Source: a virus
Direction: 5' to 3' (one strand)
IMG/VR virus record: IMGVR_UViG_3300028840_005080
Location: 23,413-87,412 of that record
DNA length: 64,000 bases
A program made the translations under genes and the position numbers. The notes under the pieces were generated by a model that was given only the letters and a program-made list of their open reading frames with translations, did no database searches and was not told the origin of the DNA. Shown in pieces: positions 10,682-20,484 of the stretch (positions within the stretch are counted from its first letter, which is position 1; every line of letters starts with the position of its first letter).

Positions 10682-11505
10682 TATTTAAGAGCTTCTTCAT
10701 AAGTCATAAAAAAATGAATTCCATCAGAACATTCAGTTTTCGGATTATTATCATAGTTATCCGCTTTGACATACTTCCCAACAATATATCGCAATTCCGG
10801 CCTAATCGATCCTGTAGATTCTTTTTTTATTTTCCCGTTTTCATCTTTAATTTCAATAACAAAGGCATATTCGGATCTACATTTTCTTCCAATCAAACTT
10901 GATGTTCTTCTTGAAAAAGCAGGGATCCTTAATTTTATTATATCTTCATCCCTTCCTTTTTTCCAACAATGAAATTCTCCATATGTCGGGCAAATTTTAT
11001 AATCAGGCAAATCAGCCTCGAACAAATCAGCCCCGAACAAATCAGCCCCGAACAAATTAGCCTCGGACAAATTAGCCCGTCTCAAATAAGCCTCGGACAA
11101 ATCAGCACATCTCAAATCAGCCTCGAACAAATCAGCCTCGAACAAATTAGCCTCGGACAAATTAGCCTCGAACAAATAAGCCTCAGACAAATCAGCCCGT
11201 CTCAAATCAGCCTTGGACAAATCAGCCCGTCTCAAATCAGCCTCGGACAAATCAGCCCATCTCAAATCAGCCCCAAACAAATTAGCCTCAGGCAAATCAG
11301 CCTCGGACAAATCAGCCCATCTCAAATCAGCCCCAAACAAATTAGCCTCAGGCAAATCAGCCTCGGACAAATTGACATTATACAAATCAGCCTTGGACAA
11401 ATAAGCCTTGGACAAATCTATAATTATACCCGGATTTTTCATCCTAAATTCATTCCATTTTTTTACTCCGCTTTTCAAAATTTCCAAATGTTCTTGATTT
11501 GCCAT
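10678..11505 (-). CDS. Pentapeptide repeat protein with C-terminal phage domain (DUF5758-like)
   Basis: About 27 ADLxx repeats followed by WKK...IIKLRIP...RKCRSE...ECSDGIHFFMTYEEA. Confidence 0.9.
   Translation of the reverse strand: MANQEHLEILKSGVKKWNEFRMKNPGIIIDLSKAYLSKADLYNVNLSEADLPEANLFGADLRWADLSEADLPEANLFGADLRWADLSEADLRRADLSKADLRRADLSEAYLFEANLSEANLFEADLFEADLRCADLSEAYLRRANLSEANLFGADLFGADLFEADLPDYKICPTYGEFHCWKKGRDEDIIKLRIPAFSRRTSSLIGRKCRSEYAFVIEIKDENGKIKKESTGSIRPELRYIVGKYVKADNYDNNPKTECSDGIHFFMTYEEALKY
11008..11417. repeat. 15-bp coding tandem repeat (AAATCAGCCTCGGAC-like)
   Basis: Period-15 array with an internal 60-bp higher-order duplication. Confidence 0.95.
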
Positions 11506-11534
11506 TTTCTTTCTCCTTTTTTATTATTTAAAAT

Positions 11535-11562
11535 AAAATAACAAAGTTTTTTTATAAGTCAA
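11535..11562 (-). promoter_or_regulatory. Sigma70-like promoter
   Basis: TTGACT-N16-TATTTT with extended TG, upstream of an AAGGAG RBS. Confidence 0.5.
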
Positions 11563-11632
11563 TCATGAAAATAGCTGATTACAGTCAATTATCAGCAAAT
11601 ATCAATACAATCCATCAAATTTCCTTCAAAAA

Positions 11633-13162
11633 TCATATAAAATCTCTTTTTTTCTCGATTTTTCTATGCCATTCTGAATCAACAAACATTTTCCCATAAT
11701 CCCGGCATTGTAAACACGCCGCTTGTCTGTCTGAAAAATCCCCATGTCTGTCGAACCAACCAATCCGTATGTATTTTAACCTCTTTTCATATTTTGACTG
11801 CGATAAAAACAAAGCTCCGTCGACATTGGCCAAAACTCCGATTTTTGATCCGGATACATTTTTTTCATCGAGATTGTCCTTTTTTAGTGCATCATAATCG
11901 CCCTGATGCGCCGTAAACAAAGCAGCGTATCTTGATCCGGCCAGACCACACGCATTCCGATACATCAGATCGATGATATCATGCTTTTGTTCACATCCAC
12001 TCATTGACTGTATAGAATCAAGAATGATCACATCCGGAATAAAATTTTCCTGATTCTCCAATATTTCCAAATCGCGCTCAACATTGAAAAATCCTGCCGA
12101 GAATTTTGGATACACACAGATTCTGAGATTATTCAATTTTAATCTTTCTATTTGTTTGCTCTTTTTTAAAACATGGTGTTCGCTCATTTTTTGTTTTTTT
12201 TTTGATTTATACCATACAGACGGAATAAAATGTTTGCTACCTCTGCATTCTGTACAAATTTTATGATCAACCGTCTTATAATCAACGCATATTTTATAAT
12301 CTTTGCCTACTACTGATATTTTGTTTTTTACTCTGTTCGGTTTTCTGCATTCAAGAGACTGATTTAAAAGACAATCAAAATAAGGAAAATCATATTCATC
12401 ATTGTTTTTGTCCAATTTCCCTGTAATTTGCTTATAAATTCTATCATCAGTTGCTTCCATCGTCATTTCAAAAGAAAACCAAACTACGCGAAGATGTTTT
12501 TCTATGGCCAATAACGCTGTTTCCTGAAGCCATGATGTTTTCCCGCGTTTTGGGATCCCCAAATAAACGTATGTATGTCCTTTTTTAAAATGCCCAACCA
12601 ATTCTCCCAAAACTCCCGGAAATTTAAAAAGATTGTTTTTATCGCGATTTGCAAAATGATTTTTAATGTGTTCCGTATTAAAAGGATTATACCATCCGCT
12701 CAGTTGATGTTCGACTTTTTTATATTCATCGTAAATCCTTTCAGCTTCTTCCGTTTTATCGTTTTCAAGAGCTAATTCAATTTTTTTTGTAAACAGCATC
12801 AATGATCGTTTTTTGAAATATTTTACAGCCAAATCATAAACATACGAATCATTAAAATTTTTTAACTCAAAATTTACAGAGATTTTTTCTATAAGAATTT
12901 GAATCAATTCATTTTCAGCATCTTCATATTTTATTTTTTTTTCATCAAATTTGTCAATTATATGTTTATTTGGTACTCTTCCATAATCTTTGAAATACTC
13001 AATACTCCATTCAATAATCTTTCTCATATTCTTGTTTATTATGTAATCACGCTGATATATCGGAATGATTTTTTTTATAAATTCATCAGAAATCACACAT
13101 GCTATTACAATTTTTAATTCAATATTGTTTTCATTCGGTTTTTTTAATTCAACTATTCCCAT
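11633..13162 (-). CDS. Replicative helicase, DnaB/gp41-like
   Basis: Walker A GIPKRGKTS, WFSFEM, PDVIILDS, TAHQ and DRHG; Cys-rich insertion after motif 1a. Confidence 0.85.
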   Translation of the reverse strand: MGIVELKKPNENNIELKIVIACVISDEFIKKIIPIYQRDYIINKNMRKIIEWSIEYFKDYGRVPNKHIIDKFDEKKIKYEDAENELIQILIEKISVNFELKNFNDSYVYDLAVKYFKKRSLMLFTKKIELALENDKTEEAERIYDEYKKVEHQLSGWYNPFNTEHIKNHFANRDKNNLFKFPGVLGELVGHFKKGHTYVYLGIPKRGKTSWLQETALLAIEKHLRVVWFSFEMTMEATDDRIYKQITGKLDKNNDEYDFPYFDCLLNQSLECRKPNRVKNKISVVGKDYKICVDYKTVDHKICTECRGSKHFIPSVWYKSKKKQKMSEHHVLKKSKQIERLKLNNLRICVYPKFSAGFFNVERDLEILENQENFIPDVIILDSIQSMSGCEQKHDIIDLMYRNACGLAGSRYAALFTAHQGDYDALKKDNLDEKNVSGSKIGVLANVDGALFLSQSKYEKRLKYIRIGWFDRHGDFSDRQAACLQCRDYGKMFVDSEWHRKIEKKRDFI

Positions 13163-13171
13163 TATCGCTCC

Positions 13172-14071
13172 TTAAAACAATTCGGGTTTTATTTCTTTTA
13201 TTTTTGCAATCATAAGCCCATAAAGTCTTGAAAAATCAATAACAGGATTTTTATTTTTCTTAATAATACTCCAAATTTCTTCGTTTATCAAATCATAATA
13301 AATCGTTTGTAGCAATCTTGGAATAAATTTTTTATCCCATTCTCCGATATCGTTTACGATTTTCGCATAAGTTTTTTCTACAAAATGTTCGGATATATAT
13401 TTTTCAGCTATTTTCTGTTCTATTCCGCCTTTTGATTTTTTTATTGTTGGTTGATTTTTTGAATGTTTTTCTTTGAATTCGTTCGTGATCATTTTTGCCC
13501 ATGTTGTTCTTCCATATTTATTCCGGAAGTTATAATTTTTAACAACAACACCTTCACCGGTATTTTTGCCGTTATCGACAAGAAACCAATTGCTTTCCAA
13601 TTCGTGCAAAATATTATCCTTTGTCGGATTTTTTATAACACAAAGCGGAGGGATGAAATCAATATCGCGTTCAAAAAGATACAATCTGTATTTTTCATAA
13701 CTCAGATATTCTTCTTTTTCATCATCAAAAACATCAAAAACATAAAACTTCCTCCATGCGTCTTTTTGATAATCCTTAAAACTATGCGGAACCAACCACT
13801 CTCCGTAAAGTCTCAAATTAGGATTGCATTGAAAAAAACATTTATAATTTTTAGATTTTTCTCCGTTTAAGACATAATCACAAAACCCGGCATTATCATC
13901 TTCTGTTGCGAGCTCTCTATTCCTTGATCCGACTTTTATTTTTTCATCTTCAAACCAAATACTCCCGTTTGTTCCGTCAATTTTTGGGAATATGTGACAA
14001 GTTCCTAATTCTATTCCAGCAACTTCGTCATTTTCGAATCTTTTAATGTGCATATATTTTTTAAATGACAT
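13172..14071 (-). CDS. ATP-dependent RNA ligase (Rnl2-like)
   Basis: Nucleotidyltransferase motifs KIDGTNGS, GSRNR, LYGEW, FYVFDV, EGVVVK and AKM. Confidence 0.85.
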   Translation of the reverse strand: MSFKKYMHIKRFENDEVAGIELGTCHIFPKIDGTNGSIWFEDEKIKVGSRNRELATEDDNAGFCDYVLNGEKSKNYKCFFQCNPNLRLYGEWLVPHSFKDYQKDAWRKFYVFDVFDDEKEEYLSYEKYRLYLFERDIDFIPPLCVIKNPTKDNILHELESNWFLVDNGKNTGEGVVVKNYNFRNKYGRTTWAKMITNEFKEKHSKNQPTIKKSKGGIEQKIAEKYISEHFVEKTYAKIVNDIGEWDKKFIPRLLQTIYYDLINEEIWSIIKKNKNPVIDFSRLYGLMIAKIKEIKPELF

Positions 14072-14161
14072 TCTCGCCTCCTCATTTCGCGTATTTTCGA
14101 TTATTTTTTAAAACCCATACCAAACCATTAAGAAAAAATAAAAGTCGAATTTTGAGGGTAA

Positions 14162-14548
14162 TCATGGCATTTTATGAGATTCTTTTATAATCTTCTTTCT
14201 GTCAATAATATCTGTATCGCAATATTCAAAATCATAAAGTAAATCGCCTATGCTTTTAAATTTCGCTTCTTTCGCTTCATTTTTCGTGTCGTATTTAACA
14301 CGAATGACATATTCAACAAAGTATTCTCTTCCAAAAACCCATTCTGGGCAAATTTTTTTAATTTGAAAAAAATCCAAATCAAACTCACCATTTTCAAAAA
14401 CATTCACCCAAAAATCAGTAAACGAATCAAATATATGTTGTTGAGTATCCCGATTCTGGAAAAATTTTTTTTCTTTTGCATCATATATCGCAAATTTTTT
14501 TTCTTTTGCATCATCACGCAAATCGATAAATTTATATTTGTTTGCCAT
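14162..14548 (-). CDS. Hypothetical protein
   Basis: ORF with an RBS and an internal DAKEKKF duplication. Confidence 0.6.
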   Translation of the reverse strand: MANKYKFIDLRDDAKEKKFAIYDAKEKKFFQNRDTQQHIFDSFTDFWVNVFENGEFDLDFFQIKKICPEWVFGREYFVEYVIRVKYDTKNEAKEAKFKSIGDLLYDFEYCDTDIIDRKKIIKESHKMP

Positions 14549-14609
14549 TTTTTTCTGTTCCTTTCTTTTTTTGTTCAGAAACGTTATTCCCTCTCCTTTC
14601 CAATAAAAT

Positions 14610-15971
14610 TTAACATTCTGTTGATTCTATTTCACCTATCCTTTGACCAAACTTCATAACCGTATCATAAAACCATCCCTGTGTAAATATCACAGGAGTC
14701 CAAATAGTATTTTTCTTTTCCGAAATTGAGTTTTCCATCATATCTATCAATTCCGGAAGTGTTGTTATTTCTCCGATAAATTTGTTTTGGTTTTCTCTAA
14801 TCCACTTTTCTGCAATAATTGAGCCCGACATAAGTATTTGTTCTTCCTTCAGACTCAATTTTCTTGGGAATCGCTTTTTTAATTCACCATAAACTTTTTC
14901 ATTGTGTTTTGGAAGTTTTTTAGCAAATTTAAATTCCAGATCTCTGTAATCCGTATCTTTTATTTCGATAAACCAGCAATCTTTTTTTAATTTTATCGGA
15001 TTTTTTGATTCTTTCGCTTTGTTTTTTACATAATTATTCCAGCCATTTAAAAAATCACATAAACTTACTCTATGGCCTATTGCTTGTTTGGATAAAATCA
15101 GCATATCTTTGTTTTGCCATAAACGATCATACTTTTCAATTGATTTTTTAATTATGGCTGAATCTGCGTCTTTTTCCAGTAAATTTATTAATACTTGTAT
15201 TGAATTATTATAAACTTTTGATCCTTCTCTGTGGGATATTAAATTTGATTTGCTGTTCCAATAATCCATGATTTCTTTTGATTTGTTATAAAATTTGTTT
15301 TGTTCTGTTTTGGATAAATTTTTATTTGATTCTGAATTTATAACAGATTTATCAAAAACGGAATCTGTTGCTTTTGATTTATCAAAAAGCATGTTATTAT
15401 TATTAATAACATTTTTTTTATGTTGATAATCTCTGTTGTTAATCTCTGTATTAGTGTTACGAAAATCTTCATGACCCTGGTACAAATTTTTGTAAGAGGG
15501 GGGTACTGTTTTTTGTAAGAGGGGGTGATTATATGTAAAATTTTCAATAGTTTCTGCAACCGGACAAATATACATAACATTATTCAAAATAGTGTTATTA
15601 TTTCGAATTGTTATTTTTCTGAATTCTCTTTTTATCAATCCGAGTAAAACAAGATTATCAATTGCTCTTTTAATTTGTCTTTTGCTTAAACCATAAAAAT
15701 CAGCATAATCTTTATAGCTCTTTTGGAGCATATCGGCTTTGAATTTTGCTTTGTAATTTATTATATAGCCTGTTTTCTCGTCTCTTATTTCTGTTGGGCG
15801 ATACCAATAAACAACATCTGATAAAATATTTATTGCGAGAAGATCAGGCTTGCTTTTGCCCTTTTCTGTTTCCATTAATATCGTCTTAAACCAATTATGA
15901 GGAACAATATTTCCTGTTATGCCAAGTTTCATTATTTTTTCACATATTTCCCACGTTTGTTGTTTTTCCAT
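14610..15971 (-). CDS. Phage replication initiator (wHTH, DnaD/replisome-organizer-like)
   Basis: GNIVPHNWFKTI...ILSDVVYWYRP...LQKSYKDYADFYGLSKRQIKRAI, followed by a low-complexity linker with short direct repeats. Confidence 0.75.
   Translation of the reverse strand: MEKQQTWEICEKIMKLGITGNIVPHNWFKTILMETEKGKSKPDLLAINILSDVVYWYRPTEIRDEKTGYIINYKAKFKADMLQKSYKDYADFYGLSKRQIKRAIDNLVLLGLIKREFRKITIRNNNTILNNVMYICPVAETIENFTYNHPLLQKTVPPSYKNLYQGHEDFRNTNTEINNRDYQHKKNVINNNNMLFDKSKATDSVFDKSVINSESNKNLSKTEQNKFYNKSKEIMDYWNSKSNLISHREGSKVYNNSIQVLINLLEKDADSAIIKKSIEKYDRLWQNKDMLILSKQAIGHRVSLCDFLNGWNNYVKNKAKESKNPIKLKKDCWFIEIKDTDYRDLEFKFAKKLPKHNEKVYGELKKRFPRKLSLKEEQILMSGSIIAEKWIRENQNKFIGEITTLPELIDMMENSISEKKNTIWTPVIFTQGWFYDTVMKFGQRIGEIESTEC
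15487..15525. repeat. Candidate origin iterons inside the initiator gene
   Basis: TTTTTGTAAGAGGGGG twice at 23-bp period (15487, 15510), next to AT-rich DNA. Confidence 0.5.
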
Positions 15972-16116
15972 TATTTGATTCTCCGTTTTTTTTAACTAAC
16001 CAATCTGATATGAGTTTGTTTATAACGCGACTTTTGTTATGCAACCCTTTGTCACAATACTCATCAAATTGTTTTTTTACATTTTCATCAATCGTATAGC
16101 TTACAGTTATTTTCAT
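15940..16116 (-). CDS. Ribbon-helix-helix (CopG/Arc-like) protein, 58 aa
   Basis: Not in the track. MKITVSYTIDENVKKQFDEYCDKGLHNKSRVINKLISDWL... with an AAGGA RBS. Confidence 0.7.
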   Translation of the reverse strand: MKITVSYTIDENVKKQFDEYCDKGLHNKSRVINKLISDWLVKKNGESNNGKTTNVGNM

Positions 16117-16142
16117 TTCTTTCCTTTCACATTATTTATATT

Positions 16143-16182
16143 ATATTATCATAAAAATAATTTATTAAAAAGTTAAAAATTA
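16143..16182 (-). promoter_or_regulatory. Phage-specific promoter, copy 1
   Basis: TAATTTTTAACTTTTTAATAA box plus extended -10 TGA-TAATAT, at the same spacing as the other three copies. Confidence 0.7.
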
Positions 16183-16493
16183 CTTATCATCAAACAAAAA
16201 AAACTCACATTTCTTCATTAGTTCATGTAAAAAAACAGAACAAAAAATCCAATTCTGACAATAAAGACTTTCCGGGTTATCCCAATAAGGGCAATTTTTA
16301 CAGTGCTTTATTTTTGTGTTTGGTTTTGCTTCTGTCACGGTTTGTGCTTTCTTTGTCTATAATACGAAGATTGCAATCACATATTGGTTCAATTCATATT
16401 CCATCGATATATACCACTATGTTTCCACTCCCTTTGCGTTTTTGACAGGCTTTTTCTTCTTCTAGTAGAGGTATCGCCATTGTTTTTTCTCCT

Positions 16494-17049
16494 TTATCTC
16501 CATTGTTCCGCCATGGCTTTTGCTACTCCTGCATAAGTTTTACTCCTTTTCTTTCTTCTGTCATGGCTTGGTGGCATTTTCCATATTTTTTTGCTCTCTT
16601 CCCGATACGATTTTTGTAGGTTTTAGTTGTGGAAGCCTATTTATCCACAGACATGTGGCTTTTGTTTCTCCATGCCCGAATTGCCATGGTTGAATAATCT
16701 GATCAGGCTTTCTATAATGTGTTGACATAATTCCTATTGGATTTTCAATCATCCATTTGCAAGATAAATTCGTGAACATCAAAAAGAAATCTATTGCTTC
16801 TTTTTGCCTACCGTCTTTTTGTTTCTCTTTAAACCATCTTGCTCCTGATGACGCAAGATGAGTACACGGCGGAAATGCCAAGACCATATCCCATTTTTTC
16901 CAAAGTAAATTGGTTACATCATCTTGTATGTGCCATTCAGGATGATCACCACCACATTGTAAAATATCGCATGAAAAAGCACTATGTCCTTTTTTTCGAA
17001 ATTCAATTGTAACAGCTTGACTTTCTTCACATGCAACTAAAATTTTCAT
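16494..17049 (-). pseudogene. Small phage DNA cytosine-methyltransferase-like gene, frameshifted at an A7 tract
   Basis: MKILVACEESQAV..FPPCTHL..IENPIG..QPWQFGHGETKATCLW. Removing one A at 16586-16592 restores the typical tail IWKMPPSHDRRKKRSKTYAGVAKAMAEQWR*. Confidence 0.75.
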
Positions 17050-17262
17050 TTACCAATCCAACTCCTTTCCGCCCCTAAAAAATTTTACAGCACGATTATA
17101 AAGCAAAGCCAAACATTTTTTATCACAGTTATCAATATCAATTTTGAGTTTTTTGGCTTCCGATTCCACAATTTTTTCTGTGATTTCCTCATTTGCCGGT
17201 TTTACAGTGATTCTATAATTTTTGTCTTTAACTGTTTCTTTTGTTTTATGACTTGTAAACAT
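17050..17262 (-). CDS. Hypothetical protein
   Basis: ORF with an RBS, abutting the next gene. Confidence 0.55.
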   Translation of the reverse strand: MFTSHKTKETVKDKNYRITVKPANEEITEKIVESEAKKLKIDIDNCDKKCLALLYNRAVKFFRGGKELDW

Positions 17263-17441
17263 GTTATCCCCTTGTTTTAAAAAGAAGAGGAGCGCGGCAT
17301 TTTTTTATCGATTGGCAGTCGAATACCGCGCGTTTTGGAGAGATTGGCAGAGGTATGAAAACTGTTTTGTTGTTGTAATTTTTTTTATCCAACGCCAATT
17401 TCTCTCACTATAAAGATTGCCAGTCTTTATAAGGAATTTTA

Positions 17442-17624
17442 TCATTCCTTCAAAAATCTGTCAAGTTTTGAACGAAGGAATTTTTGATTGCCAACCAAAG
17501 ATTTATTTTCTTTTTGGTTCTTATATTCAATCGACATAAAACATTTCAGGCAATAATTTTTATCTATTCCTGGGATTTCGTTCGTTGTATCTTTACCACA
17601 TATTTTGCATTTATTCATTTTCAC
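17442..17624 (-). CDS. Small Cys-motif hypothetical protein
   Basis: CKIC...CLKC. Confidence 0.5.
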   Translation of the reverse strand: MKMNKCKICGKDTTNEIPGIDKNYCLKCFMSIEYKNQKENKSLVGNQKFLRSKLDRFLKE

Positions 17625-18052
17625 TCGTTTTCATCTCCCAACATTTCCGAGTTTCGTTTTTTTTGACTCCAACCCTTTTTTATGACCTCTGCAAGTTTAT
17701 TTAATCCTTTTTGCGTATCGATATGATAGTGGAAAACCCCATTACGATATTCATCACTATACCATTCCTTCGGGCTTATCCCTCCGGCATATCCTGCTAC
17801 TCTTATTTCTTTTCCATATTCTTCATGTAGTTTTTCTGCCACTTTGAACGAGATAGGATTTGTTTTTGTCTCTGCTATCCAATAATACCATGCCCGTCTG
17901 AATATCCATCCATTCAAGATTCCTCTGTTTTTCGTTTTGACCTCATAATTTGAAAACGAATCGGAAATAATCAAATCGATTTTTGCTTCTTTTAATTCCG
18001 AAAAAGTTGTTGAATCCGCTATCTTTTCTGTTACCCCTGCCAAATTAATCAT
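17621..18052 (-). CDS. Hypothetical phage protein
   Basis: ORF with an RBS; FRRAWYYW...IRVAG...YHIDTQKGL. Confidence 0.65.
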   Translation of the reverse strand: MINLAGVTEKIADSTTFSELKEAKIDLIISDSFSNYEVKTKNRGILNGWIFRRAWYYWIAETKTNPISFKVAEKLHEEYGKEIRVAGYAGGISPKEWYSDEYRNGVFHYHIDTQKGLNKLAEVIKKGWSQKKRNSEMLGDENE

Positions 18053-18142
18053 TTGTTATCTCCTTTGGCAATGAATTATTTTGTTTTCCATAATCAAAGC
18101 CTCCCTTACGTGGCTTCTGATATTAATAAAATGTTTAAAATT

Positions 18143-18684
18143 TTAATTTAAACTGTTGCATATCCAAACACATTCACCGACGATGTTCGAATCATCATCA
18201 TAATATTTTGATAATTGATTATTTTCTATTCTTTTTCTAAATTCTTTTAAAGTTTCATCCTTAAAAATATGAACATCTTTTTTTAATTTTTATTTTTTTT
18301 TAAAAGCGATATTTCTGTAGACTTGTTCGATTCTTTTTGCTCTTTTGGATTCATTTTTATCAATACCAAAAATTAAAATATCTCCGTTTTTAACAAATTT
18401 TTGCAATCTTTCCGCTTTCAGAATTCGCGAACAGAAAGGCATTCTGTTATTTGCTATTGCTTTGTTGTCATAAAATAATTGCTCAGGATTTCTGCCGTCA
18501 TTATCTATTACTATTTTTTATGATACAAATCTTGTAAATCGTCCAAAAATCTATACAAATCAGGGTGCTCCCATTTTGTATCGTTAAAATATAGAAGGAC
18601 ATTTTTGTTATATTTTTCTATTGCCCAATTTGCACAAAATGCTGATGCCTTGCCTCCGCTTAATGCGACAACAATTCTGTTCAT
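18143..18684 (-). pseudogene. PAPS-reductase/PP-loop family gene, disrupted
   Basis: Not in the track. MNRIVVALSGGKASAF...FNDTKWEHPDLYRFL, frameshift at the A6 tract (18514-18519), then DGRNPEQLF...NRMPFCSRILK, a stop after the A9 tract (~18293), and a short C-terminal remnant. Confidence 0.75.
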
Positions 18685-19541
18685 ATCAACATACTCCTTT
18701 TGAATTCTTTTATTTGTTTTTTTGTCATGTTCCCCGGATCATCATAATCACAACAAAAAACTCGGTTATCTATAAATCCGTCTAATTGACAACCCAAATT
18801 TATCGCCTGCTCTTCCGCTCCTTTTGCTTTCTTTTTTCTTCCATCAAAAATTATATACACAAATTCAAATTTTTTAACAATCAGATTTATTTGTTCATTT
18901 GAAAGGGAATCTCCCAAAGCCGGAATAGTATCACTTTCGTCGAATCTCCAACAATCAATCAAACCTTCAACCAAAAAAACATATTCTGTTGTGATTTTTT
19001 CGATATTATAAAGATACTGATTCGCGCTATCAGATTTCACGTACGGGATTCTTTTTCTTGTACAATCCGCATAAATCCACTCACCACCGTAAATAGGAAC
19101 AAAAATGCTGAATCGATTTTGTCCTATTTTTCCAGTGAATTTTATGTTATATTTTTCTATTAGTTTCCACACATTGAATCCTCTTGATTTCAGATATTTT
19201 TTATGAATTTCAAGAGGTTCATCAAGCAGATCTTTCGGAAGTTTTGTTTTTATTTGTTTTGTTTTTTTATTACTATCTGAAAAATATTTGTCTTTTACCA
19301 ACGAATCGGTTATTTCTTTGGCATTTTTCCACGAACATCTTTCAAAATGTTTTACAAGCTCTGTCAGGTTTGTTTTACACTGACATCTCCAACAATTTAA
19401 GCCGCCTGTTGGGGATATTCCAAGATGATTTGAACTATCTCCGCAAAAAGGACAGCGGATGTTTATCCAACCTTTTCTACCGACGTTTTTACCACCTGTT
19501 TTCGGAGACAGTCCGTGTTTGTTTAACCAATTTAGAAGCAT
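18681..19541 (-). CDS. DNA primase (Zn finger + TOPRIM)
   Basis: CPFCGD..HL..CWRC, FLVEGLID, IIFDG and DDPG. Confidence 0.85.
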   Translation of the reverse strand: MLLNWLNKHGLSPKTGGKNVGRKGWINIRCPFCGDSSNHLGISPTGGLNCWRCQCKTNLTELVKHFERCSWKNAKEITDSLVKDKYFSDSNKKTKQIKTKLPKDLLDEPLEIHKKYLKSRGFNVWKLIEKYNIKFTGKIGQNRFSIFVPIYGGEWIYADCTRKRIPYVKSDSANQYLYNIEKITTEYVFLVEGLIDCWRFDESDTIPALGDSLSNEQINLIVKKFEFVYIIFDGRKKKAKGAEEQAINLGCQLDGFIDNRVFCCDYDDPGNMTKKQIKEFKRSMLI

Positions 19542-20102
19542 TTAACAATCCCACTCACTATTGTCGAATCGTGAGTTTCCCAATTTAAATGGGATCTCAA
19601 GATTGTTCATATCGATATAATGATTTATTTCGTCATTTTTGATATAAATGACTTTTGATCCGTCCCAATGAACAAGATCAGACGGATTGCCTCCTGAAAT
19701 TTTAATACGAATCCATGTTTCTGTTATTGGAAATTCACCTATGACAACATACCAAGATCCGATTCTGCCAGCCGCACCATCCGCTCCGTATGCATAATCG
19801 AGTTCTTTAAACGGATTTGTTTTTAATTTTTTTATAGTCCCATTACCTCGCCTTGTATAACCTCCTTGACTTGACAAAATAAAAAAATCAGCGGAATTGC
19901 CGGAATTAATTCTGCATTTCCCCGTTTTTGTTTGCCCTATTGAGAATGCAGAATTAATTCCTTTTTTTAATTCTATATATCCGGGAGTCGGGATGAAGAC
20001 TTCTTTCCTTCCTCTTCCATATTCTCCGATATGGAATCCCCACAGTTTTCCAAATGACATTTCTTTTTCGTAACTTTCAATACTGAAATTTGTAAAAATC
20101 AT
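19542..20102 (-). CDS. Hypothetical protein
   Basis: ORF with a GGAG RBS, coupled to primase. Confidence 0.7.
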   Translation of the reverse strand: MIFTNFSIESYEKEMSFGKLWGFHIGEYGRGRKEVFIPTPGYIELKKGINSAFSIGQTKTGKCRINSGNSADFFILSSQGGYTRRGNGTIKKLKTNPFKELDYAYGADGAAGRIGSWYVVIGEFPITETWIRIKISGGNPSDLVHWDGSKVIYIKNDEINHYIDMNNLEIPFKLGNSRFDNSEWDC

Positions 20103-20139
20103 TACTTTTCTCCTTGTTTATTTAGCCAATTGATGAGCA

Positions 20140-20484
20140 TTATTGATTTTTCTCGTTCATGACATATGAAAATGCCTGTCTTAGTTGCGCCAAGTCCATT
20201 TCGTCAATCATGGTCGTATAATCTCTGTATTTCGGATCGTTTTTCAAATGTTCCCTGGCTTTGTCCGGCGTCCAATAGACAAGCTCCCAGGCATCCAGGT
20301 TGTCGGCATTTTTAATATCGATTTCATGGTTTGTATCATTGGGATCAAGACCCGCATAAAATATGCCGTGCCTGAATTCTCCACGCCAAGTTTGGTTGCC
20401 CCACAGAGGACGAGGCGCATTGATGATTTTCCAATCCCTCGGAATTATTGCTGGTCTGCTGTCAATGATATGAATCTTTTTCAT
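20140..20484 (-). CDS. Hypothetical protein
   Basis: ORF coupled to the helicase stop codon. Confidence 0.65.
   Translation of the reverse strand: MKKIHIIDSRPAIIPRDWKIINAPRPLWGNQTWRGEFRHGIFYAGLDPNDTNHEIDIKNADNLDAWELVYWTPDKAREHLKNDPKYRDYTTMIDEMDLAQLRQAFSYVMNEKNQ

Noticed and set aside
5465-11417. 15-bp tandem arrays as CRISPR arrays or DGR repeats
   Set aside because: No unique spacers, cas genes or reverse transcriptase; the arrays simply encode pentapeptide repeats.
16298-16480. ORF with internal TGA (…IDGI*IEPICDC…) as a selenoprotein
   Set aside because: No convincing downstream hairpin, and another apparent lesion (CQKR for CxxC) points to a decaying gene.
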